A stretch of 64,000 nt of DNA from an uncultured delta proteobacterium (GCA_963727625.1 CAVSHR010000007.1:64001-128000); one strand, 5' to 3'; numbered from the stretch's first letter, positions 44,466 to 59,900 are shown. Made by a program: numbers and translations. Notes: a model not told the origin generated them from the letters alone.

Positions 44466-44804
44466 CGGCGCCCCCGGAGACTTTCATACGCAAGGAGCGC
44501 GACCGAAAGAGGATGCCATGAATCAAATACCTCTGTATCCCCTACGATTCGAACCAATTTGCCAGTATCGCCTCTGGGGCGGCAGCCCGACGCCAAGGCC
44601 GGACCGAAACCTGAATCCAAGGCCAAGACACCTGCCGATTTGACGCCGCAGATCGTCAAGCGAGTACATGAACTCTACGAGGAACTAGGGCGCAAAGACC
44701 TTCAGGCAGTTGAAGACTTGGAGAAGGCGGAGCGCGAGAATCGAAAAAATGAAGCCCACAAATAATAAACAGAACCGAACCGCGCGTTGGGTATTGCCGA
44801 AGGG

Positions 44805-45674
44805 ATGAAGATGAAAATCAATTCAAAGGATTTCCGTGTGCGACCCGGAGAAAAGGTCAAACTCAATGCGTGGCCGACGATTGTGAAGCCCTTTTGCAAG
44901 TCGAAGAAGCGGTATCAAAAACTTCTGGCAGAACACGTTGAGGAGTTGAGTTCGCTGCAACGCCTTCACTACGCGTCAGACCGCTATGCCTTGCTGCTGA
45001 TTTTTCAGGCGATGGACGCCGCCGGCAAGGACGGGGCCATCCGGCACGTCATGTCCGGGGTCAATCCGCAGGGCTGCCAGGTTTTCAGTTTCAAACAGCC
45101 GAGCGCCGAAGAGTTGGAACATGATTTTCTCTGGCGCACGACCTGCCGTCTGCCGGAACGCGGGCGCATCGGCATCTTCAATCGTTCCTACTACGAGGAA
45201 GTTCTCATCGTTCGCGTGCATCCAGAGATTCTCAAAAGCCAAAGGCTGCCGGATGTGTTACCTGAGGGGAAGACAATCTGGCAGGACCGGTATCGTTCCA
45301 TTGTGGACTTCGAAGGGCACCTCCACCGCAACGGCACGCAAATCATTAAATTTTTTCTCCATCTGTCGAAGGAGGAACAGCGAAAGCGGTTCCTTGAACG
45401 CATTGATGAGCCGGACAAGAACTGGAAATTCAGCGTCGCGGACATCCACGAGCGGAAATACTGGAAACATTACATGCAGGCTTATGAGGATTGCCTGAAC
45501 GCGACAAGCACTGATCACGCGCCCTGGTACGCCGTTCCCGCCGATGATAAGGAGAATGCCCGGTTGATTGTTTCCCAAATTGTCGTTGATGCACTGAGTG
45601 AACTGAAGATGGCCTATCCCAAGCTCACCGCGAAACGCCGGCAGGAATTGAAAGCCATCCGCAAACAACTCTGA
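44805..45674 (+). CDS. ppk2: Polyphosphate kinase 2 family protein
   Basis: [38 protein letters not shown]. Confidence 0.93.
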   Translation: MKMKINSKDFRVRPGEKVKLNAWPTIVKPFCKSKKRYQKLLAEHVEELSSLQRLHYASDRYALLLIFQAMDAAGKDGAIRHVMSGVNPQGCQVFSFKQPSAEELEHDFLWRTTCRLPERGRIGIFNRSYYEEVLIVRVHPEILKSQRLPDVLPEGKTIWQDRYRSIVDFEGHLHRNGTQIIKFFLHLSKEEQRKRFLERIDEPDKNWKFSVADIHERKYWKHYMQAYEDCLNATSTDHAPWYAVPADDKENARLIVSQIVVDALSELKMAYPKLTAKRRQELKAIRKQL

Positions 45675-45685
45675 AGGCAAAACCT

Positions 45686-46726
45686 ATGACAAATCAGCAC
45701 TCTCAACAACCTATGTATCCACTGCAATTCGAACCGATTTGTCAGTATCGCCTCTGGGGCGGGCGGCGTCTGGCCGGCCTGCTCTCAGCTCGGCTGCCCG
45801 GCGATGGCCCCATCGGCGAAGCCTGGCTACTGAGCGACCGCAATGACCATCCCAGCCGGGTTGCCGATGGACCGCTCAAAGGACGGACCATCGCACAGTT
45901 GCTAGAGCAGTCGCCGGAGCAGCTGCTGGGAAAACTGGCCGGGCGCTTCCGCCGGTTCCCCTTGCTGCTGAAGTTCCTCGATGCGCGCGAAATGCTTTCG
46001 GTCCAAGTGCATCCGTCCGATTCGCAAACTGACTATCTGCCGCCGGGTGAACACGGCAAGACCGAAGCCTGGGTCGTTCTGGAGGCGGAGCCGGAGAGCC
46101 GTATCTACGCGGGACTGAAGCCGGGCACCACCGCCGACGATTTGCGGCGGGCGCTCGCGAACCGGACGGTGGCGGACTATCTGGCGGGCTTCAAGCCAAA
46201 GCCGGGCGACAGCGTCTTTCTGCAAGCCGGCACCGTTCACTCGCTGGGCAGCGGCCTGGTGGTTTTCGAAGTACAGCAAAACAGCGACGTGACGTTTCGC
46301 CTGTACGACTGGGATCGAGTTGACGCCAAGACCGGCCGCCAGCGCGCTCTGCAAGTCGATCAAGCGATTGCCTGTATTGATTTTGCCCAAGGTCCGGTCG
46401 GTCCGGTAGCGCCGGTTGTGGAGTTCGAGAGTGCGGTGCTGCGTGAACGACTCTTTGATTGTGAACACTTCGAGTTGTGGCGCTGCCGCGGCGAATCGCC
46501 CTTTACGGTCGGCGCAACGGGAACGCCGCGCGTGCTGGTGTGCATCGCCGGCGCGGGTCAGCTGGAGCACAAGAGCACGATTTATGATGTCGGTAATGGC
46601 GATGTGATGCTCTTGCCGGCTGTGGTCGGTGCGTGTGATTTTCGGCCGCGCGGGGCAGCGAGCTTATTGGAAATTGCCTTGCCGGAAGTTGCATGGCCCA
46701 AGGTTTCCGAACTCAATCTACTTTGA
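45686..46726 (+). CDS. manA: Mannose-6-phosphate isomerase, class I
   Basis: WGG, GEAW, FPLLLKFLDA, LSVQVHP, GKTEAW, GTVHS, EVQQNSDVTFRLYD. Confidence 0.92.
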   Translation: MTNQHSQQPMYPLQFEPICQYRLWGGRRLAGLLSARLPGDGPIGEAWLLSDRNDHPSRVADGPLKGRTIAQLLEQSPEQLLGKLAGRFRRFPLLLKFLDAREMLSVQVHPSDSQTDYLPPGEHGKTEAWVVLEAEPESRIYAGLKPGTTADDLRRALANRTVADYLAGFKPKPGDSVFLQAGTVHSLGSGLVVFEVQQNSDVTFRLYDWDRVDAKTGRQRALQVDQAIACIDFAQGPVGPVAPVVEFESAVLRERLFDCEHFELWRCRGESPFTVGATGTPRVLVCIAGAGQLEHKSTIYDVGNGDVMLLPAVVGACDFRPRGAASLLEIALPEVAWPKVSELNLL

Positions 46727-46779
46727 GAATAGAGACTGAGCTGAACGGATGAAGTCAAACGAATAGCCAGAAACCAAAA

Positions 46780-47558
46780 ATGAAAAAGCTCATTGTTTTC
46801 GATCTCGATGGTACGCTTGCCGAAAGCAAGTCACCTCTTGACGCTGAGATGGCAGAACTTCTCAGCGCGCTTCTTGGCATTGTCAAGGTGGCGGTTATTT
46901 CCGGCGGCAACTGGCCCCAATTCGAAAAGCAATTGCTGTCCAATCTATCCCATAACGGTCAGCTGAAGAATTTGTCGCTCCTTCCTACTTGTGGAACAAA
47001 ATTCTACCGATATGGATCGGATTGGGAACAGCTTTATGCGGAAGATTTCACCAATGAACAGAAACAAACAATTATCAGTTCAATGAAGGAGGCGATTGAG
47101 GCGTCGGGCTTTAAGGCCGAGCGAGTTTGGGGAGAGCCGATCGAAGACCGGGGAAGTCAGATTACCTTTTCCGCGTTAGGTCAGCAGGCACCTTTGGAAG
47201 AAAAAAAGAAGTGGGATCCGGATTTCGCGAAGCGGAAGAAGATCAAAGCAGACCTGGAAAAATTCATTCCCGAATTTTCGGTGCGCTTGGGTGGCACGAC
47301 TTCCGTTGATGTCACCAAGCCGGGCATCGACAAAGCCTACGGTATTGGAAAACTGCGAGACATCCTGGGCATCACAATTAATGAGATGATTTTTATCGGC
47401 GATGCCTTGTTCCCCGGCGGCAATGACTATCCGGCCAAAGAAGCAGGCGTTATCTCGATCCAGGTCAGAGATCCCAATGAGACAAAGCGAGTAATCGATG
47501 CGATCATCGCATGCTTGGATAGCATGCAACCCAACACACTTTGCCGGAAAAACAGTTG

Positions 47559-47559
<1 letters not shown>
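46780..47559 (+). CDS. HAD-IIB hydrolase, eukaryotic-type phosphomannomutase-like
   Basis: FDLDGTL, EDRGSQITFS, GGTTSVDV, DKAY, GDALFPGGNDY. Confidence 0.85.
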
Positions 47560-50607
<3,048 letters not shown>

Positions 50608-50615
<8 letters not shown>

Positions 50616-50946
50616 AAAATCAGATACCAAGAGCGCGAAAGACCGGACTGCGTTTAGTCGGGAAGTCGGCGCGAAGGCGGCGCGCAAACTCAAGGCTCGG
50701 CGCAATTCCACGCAGGGCGTCTGGTTCGGCCTGGGCATGATGGGGCTTATTGGCTGGTCGGTGACGATTCCAACGCTGCTCGGCGCGGCGCTTGGTCTCT
50801 GGTTGGACAAACACCATTCGGGCGAGCATTCCTGGACGCTGGCGCTGTTGGTGGCCGGGCTCGCGATCGGTTGTTTAAATGCGTGGCATTGGGTTGCCAA
50901 GGAAGACCAGGCAATGCGGGAGGAACGGGAGGATAATGATGAATGA
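50608..50946 (+). CDS. atpQ: N-ATPase AtpQ (AtpZ/AtpI-like)
   Basis: GLIGWSV.IP..LG..LG.WLD, two TM helices, expected position. Confidence 0.85.
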
Positions 50947-51253
50947 AACTTTGGCTCTGGTGCCGGCTTTGCTAACGGGGGTTTTGCTCGGCGCAATGTT
51001 CTTCGGCGGCCTTTGGTGGACGGTGCGGACGGGCGTTTCGTCCAAACGTCCGGCGCTTTGGTTCCTTGGCAGTCTTCTGCTGCGGACGAGTATTACCGTG
51101 ACTGGCTTTTATTTTGTCTCACGCGGTGATTGGCGTAAGCTGCTGTTGTGTCTCCTTGGTTTTGTCATCGCGCATTTCCTCGTGACGCGGCTTACCGGCT
51201 CGCCGGTCGAACTCCACAACGCCCCAGCGAAGGAGGCGAGCCATGCGCCTTAG
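50936..51253 (+). CDS. atpR: N-ATPase AtpR
   Basis: FFGGLWWTV, SLLLR, expected position before atpB. Confidence 0.85.
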   Translation: MMNETLALVPALLTGVLLGAMFFGGLWWTVRTGVSSKRPALWFLGSLLLRTSITVTGFYFVSRGDWRKLLLCLLGFVIAHFLVTRLTGSPVELHNAPAKEASHAP

Positions 51254-51938
51254 TCCCGATCAGATGATCTTCTGGCAACAGGGGTTTCTCAAACTCAACG
51301 CGACCCTTGTGTTCACGTGGGGACTGATGCTCGTGCTGGCCGCCGGTTCAAAACTGATCACGCGCAAACTTTCCACGGATCTTAAACGTTCCCGCTGGCA
51401 GAACTTTTTAGAAATCATCGTCACCGCCATCGAGAAACAAATCGAAGAAGTCGGCCTCCGCCAACCGGAGAAGTATCTCGGATTTCTCGGCACGCTCTTT
51501 CTGTTCGTCGCCACAGCCAGCCTCTGCACCGTCATTCCCGGCTACGAGCCGCCAACTGGCTCGCTCTCGACCACGGTGGCGCTCGCGCTGTGCGTGTTCG
51601 TAGCCGTGCCGCTCTTCGGCATCGAGGAGCAAGGGGTGGGCAACTACCTCAAGTCCTATGTGAAGCCAACATTTATCATGCTGCCGTTTAACATCATCAG
51701 CGAACTTTCGCGCACGCTGGCCCTGGCCGTCCGTTTGTTCGGCAACATGATGAGCGGGGCGATGATTATCGCTATCCTGCTCACCATCACGCCTTTCATC
51801 TTTCCGATCGTCATGACGGCGCTCGGTCTGCTAACCGGCATGGTGCAGGCCTACATCTTCAGCATCCTGGCCGCGGTTTATATCGCGGCCGCCACGCGAG
51901 TCCGCAAGCCCCAGCCCGAACCCGATGCAAAACATTGA
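51243..51938 (+). CDS. atpB: N-ATPase a subunit
   Basis: SRTLALAVRLFGN, QAYIF. Confidence 0.94.
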   Translation: MRLSPDQMIFWQQGFLKLNATLVFTWGLMLVLAAGSKLITRKLSTDLKRSRWQNFLEIIVTAIEKQIEEVGLRQPEKYLGFLGTLFLFVATASLCTVIPGYEPPTGSLSTTVALALCVFVAVPLFGIEEQGVGNYLKSYVKPTFIMLPFNIISELSRTLALAVRLFGNMMSGAMIIAILLTITPFIFPIVMTALGLLTGMVQAYIFSILAAVYIAAATRVRKPQPEPDAKH

Positions 51939-51969
51939 AGCATGAACCACGACAACAGAAGGAGATCCT

Positions 51970-52251
51970 ATGGATAGCATTACGATTATCGCGGTGGCAT
52001 CAATTGTCATTGCCGGCATCACCACCGGTTTCGGCACGATGGGGCCTGCGCTGGCGGAAGGGAGGGCGGTTGCGACGGCGCTGAGTTCGCTGGCCCAGCA
52101 GCCAGATGCCTCCGCTACTATCACCCGGACGCTATTTGTCGGTCTGGCGATGATCGAGTCCACGGCCATTTACTGCTTCGTGGTCTCGATGATTCTCATC
52201 TTCGCCAATCCGTTCTGGAATCACGTCATCGCCCAAGCCGCGGGAAAGTAA
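51970..52251 (+). CDS. atpE: N-ATPase c subunit with Na+-type ligands
   Basis: PALAEG...QQP...IESTAIY. Confidence 0.94.
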   Translation: MDSITIIAVASIVIAGITTGFGTMGPALAEGRAVATALSSLAQQPDASATITRTLFVGLAMIESTAIYCFVVSMILIFANPFWNHVIAQAAGK

Positions 52252-52254
52252 CCC

Positions 52255-53076
52255 ATGCTCATCGATTGGTTCACCGTCGGAGCGCAAGCGCTCAACTTTC
52301 TCATCCTGGTGTGGTTGATGAAGCGCTTTCTTTACAAGCCCATCCTCCTCGCCATCGACGCGCGGGAGAAGCGGATCGCTGCGGAACTCGCGGACGCCGA
52401 CGCGAAAAAGGCCGAAGCTCAAAAGGAGCGCGATGAGTTCCAGCACAAGAACGAGGAGTTCGAACGGCAGCGCGCCGCGCTCTTGAGCAAAGCAACAGAC
52501 GAAGCGCAGGCCGAACGTCAGCGGCTCCTCGACGAAGCGCGCAAGGCCGCCGCAGCTTTGAGTTCAAAGCGGCAGGAAACGTTGAGAAACGAAGAACATG
52601 ACTTACATCAAGCAATCAGCCGCCGGACGCAGCAGGAAGTATTCGCCATCGCACGAAAGGCGCTGACGGATCTCGCCACGACGAGTTTGGAAGAACGCCT
52701 GGGCGAGGTGTTCACTCGCCGCTTGCGAGAGATGGACGCCCGGGCGAAAGCAGGCCTCGCCGAGGCCCTTAGGACAGCGTCTGACCCCGCCCTCGTGCGC
52801 AGCGCGTTTGACCTGCCTGCGGAGCAACGCGCTGCGATACAGAATGCGCTCAACGAAACCTTCTCGGCTGAAATCCACGTCCGGTTCGAGACCGCGCCAG
52901 ACCTGATCGGCGGCATTGAACTCACCACGAATGGACAAAAGGTGGCGTGGAGCATTGCGGATTATCTGGCGTCGCTGGGAAAGGGCGTCGACGAACTTCT
53001 GAAAGAAAAGGACAAACCTGAAGCCAAAGCCGAGCCTAAACCTGAAGAACTTAAGCCCGGAACAAAGAGTCAATGA
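52255..53076 (+). CDS. atpF: N-ATPase b subunit with delta-like C-terminus
   Basis: IDWFTV..Q..NF.IL, coiled coil, PDLIGGIEL. Confidence 0.92.
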   Translation: MLIDWFTVGAQALNFLILVWLMKRFLYKPILLAIDAREKRIAAELADADAKKAEAQKERDEFQHKNEEFERQRAALLSKATDEAQAERQRLLDEARKAAAALSSKRQETLRNEEHDLHQAISRRTQQEVFAIARKALTDLATTSLEERLGEVFTRRLREMDARAKAGLAEALRTASDPALVRSAFDLPAEQRAAIQNALNETFSAEIHVRFETAPDLIGGIELTTNGQKVAWSIADYLASLGKGVDELLKEKDKPEAKAEPKPEELKPGTKSQ

Positions 53077-54674
53077 ACATGGAACGTGAGAGCCTCCAGA
53101 AAGTATTCGACAGCGCGTTTGCTGGAATAAGCCAGGTGCGGGAAGCATTCACGCCGCAACTGAGGCTACGGGAGGTGGGCACGATCACCAGCCTCGCCAC
53201 CGGCATCGCCACGGTGTCGGGACTCCCCGGCGTGGGCTTTGATGAATTGGTGACGTTTCCCGGCGATGTGCTCGGCATTGCCTTCAACGTGGACGCAGAC
53301 GAAATTGGCGTCGTTCTGCTCGGCGAATACTGGCATCTCCACGCGGGAGATGAAGTCCAGCGCACGGGCCGGGTCATGGACGTGGCCGTGGGCGATGGAT
53401 TGCTGGGGCGCGTCATCGACCCGCTCGGTCGGCCACTCGACGGCAAGGGGCTGGTAGCCGCCAGCGAGCGCCTGCCCGTCGAACGCCCCGCCGCGCTCAT
53501 CATGGACCGCGCGCCCGTCACGGTGCCGCTCCAGACCGGCCTGAAAGTCATCGATGCGCTCATTCCCGTGGGGCGCGGCCAGCGCGAGTTGATTCTCGGC
53601 GATCGTCAAACAGGCAAGACCACGATCGCGCTCGATACGATTCTCAATCAGCGCGACCAAAATGTCATGTGCGTTTATTGTGCCATCGGACAGCGCGCGT
53701 CCGCCGTCGCGAAGGCCGTGGCGACCTTGCAGGAAAAGGGCGCGATGGATTACACCGTCGTCGTAGTGACCGAGGGCAACGACCCGCCGGGTCTCGCTTA
53801 CATCGCTCCTTACGCCGCCACCAGCATCGCCGAGTCTTTCATGGAAGCGGGCCGAGATGTGCTGATTGTTTACGACGACCTCACCCATCACGCGCGTGCC
53901 TACCGCGAACTCTCGCTCTTGCTGCGCCGCCCGCCCGGTCGCGAAGCGTTTCCCGGCGACATTTTTTATATCCACTCGCGGCTGCTCGAACGTGCAACGC
54001 ACTTACGTAAGGAACTCGGCGGCGGCTCCCTCACCGCGCTGCCCATCATCGAAACCGAAGCGCAGGACATTTCCGCCTATATTCCGACCAACTTGATTTC
54101 CATCACGGATGGGCAGATCTACCTATCGCCGTCGCTGTTCGAATTGGGCGTATTGCCCGCGGTTGATGTCGGCAAATCCGTTTCGCGGGTCGGCGGCAAG
54201 GCGCAACGAGCGGCCTATCGCGCGGTGGCAGGCGACCTCAAGCTCGCCTACGCGCAGTTCGAGGAACTCGAAACTTTTTCCCGGTTCGGCGCCCGCCTGG
54301 ATGAAGACACCCGCAAGATCATCGAGCACGGGCGGCGCATCCGCGCCTGCCTCAAGCAGCCCGAATTCGCTCCGGTGTCCGTGCCCGCACAAATAGCCGT
54401 GCTGCTGGCGTTGACTGCGGAACTCTTCGACCGCGTGCCGCTTGACCGGATGACGGACGCGGAGCACTCGCTGCGCGAGGCGGCGGGGGATATCCCGGCG
54501 CAGGTGCGAGAGCGATTGGATACTGCCGACAAATTGAGCGACGAGGATCGGCGAACGATCCTCGGAATTGCCCGCCAGGCGCTCGCACGTTTTCAGCCCA
54601 AGCCCGAACCCGGGTCTAAGCCGGAAGTCCAAACCGAGCTCAAACCCAGGCCCGAACTGAAGGCGAAATCATGA
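53073..54674 (+). CDS. atpA: N-ATPase alpha subunit
   Basis: [26 protein letters not shown]. Confidence 0.96.
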   Translation: MNMERESLQKVFDSAFAGISQVREAFTPQLRLREVGTITSLATGIATVSGLPGVGFDELVTFPGDVLGIAFNVDADEIGVVLLGEYWHLHAGDEVQRTGRVMDVAVGDGLLGRVIDPLGRPLDGKGLVAASERLPVERPAALIMDRAPVTVPLQTGLKVIDALIPVGRGQRELILGDRQTGKTTIALDTILNQRDQNVMCVYCAIGQRASAVAKAVATLQEKGAMDYTVVVVTEGNDPPGLAYIAPYAATSIAESFMEAGRDVLIVYDDLTHHARAYRELSLLLRRPPGREAFPGDIFYIHSRLLERATHLRKELGGGSLTALPIIETEAQDISAYIPTNLISITDGQIYLSPSLFELGVLPAVDVGKSVSRVGGKAQRAAYRAVAGDLKLAYAQFEELETFSRFGARLDEDTRKIIEHGRRIRACLKQPEFAPVSVPAQIAVLLALTAELFDRVPLDRMTDAEHSLREAAGDIPAQVRERLDTADKLSDEDRRTILGIARQALARFQPKPEPGSKPEVQTELKPRPELKAKS

Positions 54675-55603
54675 GCGAGACTACGGCGAGCCTGCGACGA
54701 AAGATCAACAGTGCCGGAGATCTCCAATCCGTTGTTCGCTCGATGAAGGCCTTGGCCGCATCGAGTATCGGACAATACGAGAAATCGGTGAGCGCCCTAG
54801 CCGACTACTATCGCACCGTAGAGCTGGGGTTGGGCGTCTGCTTCCGGGAAGGCGCGCCGGCGGCCTTAGTGGCAGAACGGAAAGAACAAACAGTTGCGGG
54901 TGCGATGGGCGCGGTCGTGTTCGGTTCAGACCAGGGACTGGTCGGCCAATTTAATGATGTGGTGGCCGATTACGCGTTCAAGACGCTGGCGGCCCTGCCG
55001 GGCAAACCCCAGATCTGGGCCGTCGGTGAGCGCGTTCATGCGCGCTTGGCGGACGCCGGCCTGCCGCCGATGGGACTGTTCGCCGTGCCGAATTCCGTCA
55101 AGGCCATTGCCCCGCTCGTCGGGCAAATTCTCATGGAGACCGAGACGCGCCACAGCCCTTCGACTACACTCAGGACAGGCCAGGGTGAAGTCACCGAACT
55201 CCACCTCTTCTACAACCGCCCCACATCCGGAGCGGTTTATGAGCCCGTCAGTCAGCGACTGCTGCCGCTGGACGAAAACTGGCGACGCAAGCTCGCTAAG
55301 CGTCCCTGGCCGACGAAGAACTTGCCCGAGGTGATGGGTGGCGACGTCGAGACCTTGCGGGCGCTCATCCGCGAGTATCTCTTCGTTTCGCTTTTCCGGG
55401 CCTGCGCCGAATCCCTCGCCAGCGAGAACGCGAGCCGCCTGGCGGCGATGCAGCGAGCCGAAAAAAATATCGACGAGTTGCTGGAGGATTTGAACGGAAC
55501 ATTCCATCGTCTGCGCCAGAGTGGCATCGATGAGGAACTGTTCGACGTCATCTCCGGCTTCGAAGCGCTGTCAAAAGGAAAAGCGCGTGGGAGCGCGGAG
55601 TGA
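54671..55603 (+). CDS. atpG: N-ATPase gamma subunit
   Basis: [30 protein letters not shown]. Confidence 0.94.
   Translation: MSETTASLRRKINSAGDLQSVVRSMKALAASSIGQYEKSVSALADYYRTVELGLGVCFREGAPAALVAERKEQTVAGAMGAVVFGSDQGLVGQFNDVVADYAFKTLAALPGKPQIWAVGERVHARLADAGLPPMGLFAVPNSVKAIAPLVGQILMETETRHSPSTTLRTGQGEVTELHLFYNRPTSGAVYEPVSQRLLPLDENWRRKLAKRPWPTKNLPEVMGGDVETLRALIREYLFVSLFRACAESLASENASRLAAMQRAEKNIDELLEDLNGTFHRLRQSGIDEELFDVISGFEALSKGKARGSAE
55156..55180 (+). repeat. Palindromic element cccttcgactacactcaggacaggc in frame in atpG
   Basis: Shares cccttc...ctcaggacaggc with the NRPS insert at 5918-5966. Encodes PSTTLRTG. Confidence 0.7.
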
Positions 55604-55689
55604 GTGCGCAGCGTCAAATCATAAAGACTCGGGGGGGTGCTGCTTTTGTGCTCGTGGCACTCAGGCACGCCTCATACGCCTTCGAGCAT

Positions 55690-55985
55690 TGCCGCGAACG
55701 AGAGAAGTTGCAGCAACTGCAAGCGACCCCTCTGAAGAATTAACGAGCGCTGAGTCCCGGTGGGGTTTGCCCGGTCACGGGCGCAATCTTCTAAAACCCA
55801 AAAAGAGATCGGATTCACTGAGTCTTTTAATTGGTCAATTAGAGAGTCCGCTCATCCCCATTCTTTTATTGACACCGGCGTTGTCATTCTTAGTTACATG
55901 ATCCTGTTAACGCTCTTATCATTCTCACCATTGTTCTTGTAATCGGCCTGCTCGGATTTTGGCAGGAGCATAGCGCACGGGCAAT
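55690..55985 (+). pseudogene. Degenerate N-terminus of a P-type (MgtA-like) ATPase
   Basis: LTSAE...GRNLLKPKK...QLESPLIPILL, then GLLGFWQE in another frame. Confidence 0.55.
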
Positions 55986-56293
55986 GGCCTCGGGTGACTT
56001 TTGCACGAATAGGACCGGAACCATCTACTATTTCTCACAAGTGCGAAGTCCTGAATACTTTCGGCGAAAAAGTGCAGCGAGCTTCTGCTTTCTCGAGGGC
56101 ACGTAATTTGCTCAAATTACAAAAACAGCCCCGAATGGTGAAACGGGCCGGAGCGATTACACACTCCGAGAGAGCTGCAAAGCGATGCCCAAGGTAAAAA
56201 TGGCTCCGCTGTGAAACCGGGCGTGTCCTAGCCGATCAGCGGTTAATCTCCCCCTAAGATCTTTTACCGGGAGTCCGTCGACAAAAGAGGAAA

Positions 56294-56692
56294 ATGCTCA
56301 TGACTAAAAATAAAGTGTTCATTGGCTACGACTATGATGATGACAGGGCTGCCAAAGATCGGCTGCTTGGGTGGGACACCCATAAGGAATTTGATTACTC
56401 TTCCTACGACCGCGCCTTGGACGTCGCGATCGACAGCGAGGCGGCGGTCGCCATCAAACAGGACCTCGCCGCGCGCATCGGCGACTCCAATCTCTTTCTG
56501 TGCATCGTCGGCAAAGAGACCTACCACAGCGCCTGGATGGCCTGGGAAATCCGGCAGGCGGTCGCGCTCAAGAAGAAGCTCGTGGCCGCCAAGACCGATT
56601 CGACGAACAACTCGCCGACCGCCATGCAGGGGGTTGGGGCGTTGTGGAGCACGATGGTCGACTTCGAGTCCATCAAGAAAGCGATGAACTGA
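56294..56692 (+). CDS. TIR-like domain protein (ThsB/MTH538-like)
   Basis: KVFIGYDYDDD, CIVGKETYHSAWMAWEI with the putative catalytic Glu retained. Confidence 0.8.
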   Translation: MLMTKNKVFIGYDYDDDRAAKDRLLGWDTHKEFDYSSYDRALDVAIDSEAAVAIKQDLAARIGDSNLFLCIVGKETYHSAWMAWEIRQAVALKKKLVAAKTDSTNNSPTAMQGVGALWSTMVDFESIKKAMN

Positions 56693-56950
56693 CGGGAGTT
56701 CGTCGAGACCATCAGCGTTGTTGAGCAGGCCCTGCGTGAGAATCCTCACCGCATGATTTTTCCGATCACGGCCTTATTGGAAGAGACTGAAAGTGACGCG
56801 TAGCTCACGTGCCATTTTCAAGTTACGGAACCGCGCTTGCCCTCCAGAATTACTTGTGCGGACTGCCCGGCTCTGAGTGTTCCCCGTCGCTGGACAACTT
56901 GATAGCCTGGGTATGCCGGCCCGCGCCAGGACGCCCGTGAGGTATCTGGC

Positions 56951-59900
56951 TTGAAATTGCAATTTCTTCGTAAGCTGTTACGTCAGCTCCCTTCAGAGGC
57001 CATTGCCCTTTCGGCGATTGAAGAACCGATTCGGGCTGAACTCTTCAGCAGCGAGCGTCTCGAGCAGCACGCCGAAAGCCTTGCGGCCGCCCAACGCGTC
57101 ACGACCACGCCGCGCAAAGGTCGTCCACTGTTGCCGCGCGTGCTCGACAACGGGCGAGTGCTGCTCGAATCGTATCGTGCTATCGCCCGGGCAATTCGCG
57201 AGGAGCGCGCGATCACTCCTGCGGCAGAGTGGCTGGTGGACAATTACCACATTGTCGACGAACAACTGCGCGAGATCCGTGATCACCTGCCGTCGAGCTA
57301 CTACCGGGAGCTGCCGAAGCTGGCTGAGGGTCATCTCCAGGGCTATCCGCGCGTGTATGGGCTGGCCTGGGCTTTTGTCGCCCATACGGACAGCCGGTTT
57401 GACCCGGAGACTCTCCGTCGGTTCGTGCACGCTTACCAGCGCGTACAGCCGTTGACAATCGGTGAGCTCTGGGCAGTCGCCATCACCTTGCGAGTGGTGC
57501 TCGTGGAGAATCTCCGGCGCCTGGCGGAGCGCATCGTGCGTAGTCGGGCTGGCCGTCAAGAGGCCGACGCGGTGGCCGACCGCCTGCTCGGACTGGGCGG
57601 TCGGTCGACCGAGGCTGCGGCGACGGTCCTCGGGCGGTTCGAGGGTGCCCCTTTGGCCAGAGCCTTCACGGTCCAGCTCGTCCAGCGGCTACGCGATCAA
57701 GACCCGGTGGTCATGCCGGCCCTGCACTGGCTTGAGGAACACCTAGCGGCTCAGGGAACGACCGCGGATGAGATTGTCCGAGTCGAGCACCAGCGGCAGG
57801 CTGCGATGAACGTCACCGTGCGCAACGTGATCACCAGCATGCGCCTGATCTCCGCCTTCGACTGGGCGGAATTCTTTGAGAGCGTCAGTCTGGTCGACGC
57901 CGTGCTCTGGGCCAACAATGGCTTTGCCGCTCCCGACTTCGCCACGCGCGATCGTTACCGGCACGCCATCGAAGAACTCGCGCGGTGTTCGCAGCACACT
58001 GAGCTTGAAGTTGCGCGACGGGCGGTATTTCAAGCGAAGCGCTTCCGGAGCGAAGCGCCGGCAGGCGCCGACCCCACGGTCGATCGTCGCGGGGACCCCG
58101 GCTATTACCTGATCTCAAAGGGACGCGCAGTTTTCGAGCGGGAAGACGGTTTCCGCGCCCCGATCCGGAGCAGGCTTGTTCGGGTGTACGTTGCTCGCGC
58201 GGCGTCACGTTACCTTGGAACCATCGCGCTTGTCAGCGGCCTCTTGCTCACTTTGTTCCTGTTCAATTCCGGTGCAGCGCAGGTCGGTAAAGCGGGCCTG
58301 CTTCTACTCGGGCTTCTCGCTCTCGTCCCGGCTTCAGATCTGGCGATCTCACTAGTCAATCGTGAAGTTGTGGAGCTACTTGGGCCCCGGGCGCTACCCA
58401 GGCTGGCGCTCCGTGACGGAGTGCCAGCGGAGCTTCGGACGTTGGTCGTCATACCGACTCTCCTGACAGGCCACGCCCAGATTGCCGAGCAGATCGAGCG
58501 GCTGGAAGTGCACTACCTGTCCAATCCAGATGGGGATCTTCGTTTCGCGCTCCTTTCCGACTGGACCGACGCGCCTCAAGAAACCATGCCGGGAGACGAC
58601 GAACTGCTGGCTGCGACGATTGAGGGCATCGCGCGGCTGAACCAACGCCATGGGTCCGCCCCAGATGGGAGCGAGCGATTTCTCCTTTTCCACCGTCGGC
58701 GCGGCTGGAACGAAAGCGAGCGAAAGTGGATCGGCTGGGAGCGTAAACGTGGGAAGCTCCATGAACTGAACCGCTTGCTGCGCGGTGCTACGGATACCAG
58801 CTTTGTGCCAACCGGCGGTCGGGCACCTTTTGTTCCTTTCGACGTCCGCTATGTCATCACACTGGATGCCGACACGCGGTTGCCAAGGGGGTCCGCCGCT
58901 CGACTGGTCGGCACCCTGGCGCATCCCCTCAATCGGCCGAGGTTTGACCCGGATGTCGGTCGAGTCGTTGAGGGCTACGCTCTGCTTCAGCCGCGCGTCA
59001 CGCCGGTGCTACCGACCGAACGAAACGGCACTATTTTTCAGCGCATCTTCTCGGGCCCGGGCGGCATTGACCCGTACGCATCTGCGGTCTCCGATGTTTA
59101 CCAGGACCTTTTCGGTGAGGGATCTTACACGGGTAAAGGAATCTACGACGTCGATGCATTCGAGGCAGCCCTGGCCGGGCGGGTGCCGGAGAGTACCTTG
59201 TTGAGCCACGACCTCTTTGAAGGGATCTTCGCGCGTGCGGGACTGGTCACCGATGTCGAATTCTTCGATGAGTTTCCCTCGCATTATGCCGTTGCCGCAG
59301 CTCGCCAACACCGCTGGGCCCGCGGTGACTGGCAGTTGCTGCCGTGGATCATTGGCCATGCGCGAGACGCGAGCGGCGGCCGGGTTCACGCGTCGATCCC
59401 TCTGATCAGCCGTTGGAAGATGCTCGATAACCTCCGGCGCACACTATCGGCCCCGGCCGCCTTTCTGACTTTGGTTGCCGGGTGGACGCTACCGTTCGCT
59501 TCGCCGGTGATCTGGACAACGTTCGTGCTGGCAACTATCGCGCTTCCCCCGCTTTTGCCTGTCTTGATCGGGCTGATCCCGCATCGCCGCGGGATTTCGA
59601 AACGGAGCCACCTGCGTGCCGTCGGCACGGACCTGGTCCTTGCCGTGTCCCAGGTTGCACTCACGGTGACCTTGCTTGCCCACCAGGCTTGGTTGATGAC
59701 CGACGCGATTGTCCGGACACTCTTTCGCGTGTCTGTAACGCGCCGAAAGCTACTCGAATGGGTAACCGCTGCACAGGCGGAAGCTATTTTCTATGTCACT
59801 CTCGGTAGCGTCTATCGTCGGATGGGCGGGGCCGTAGCGCTCGCCGCGCTAGCAGCCATCCCGGTCCCATTAGGGCCGCCGGGAGCATGGTTGTTTGCAA

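Noticed and set aside
56294-56692. Complete Thoeris system
   Set aside because: No ThsA partner in the flanks.
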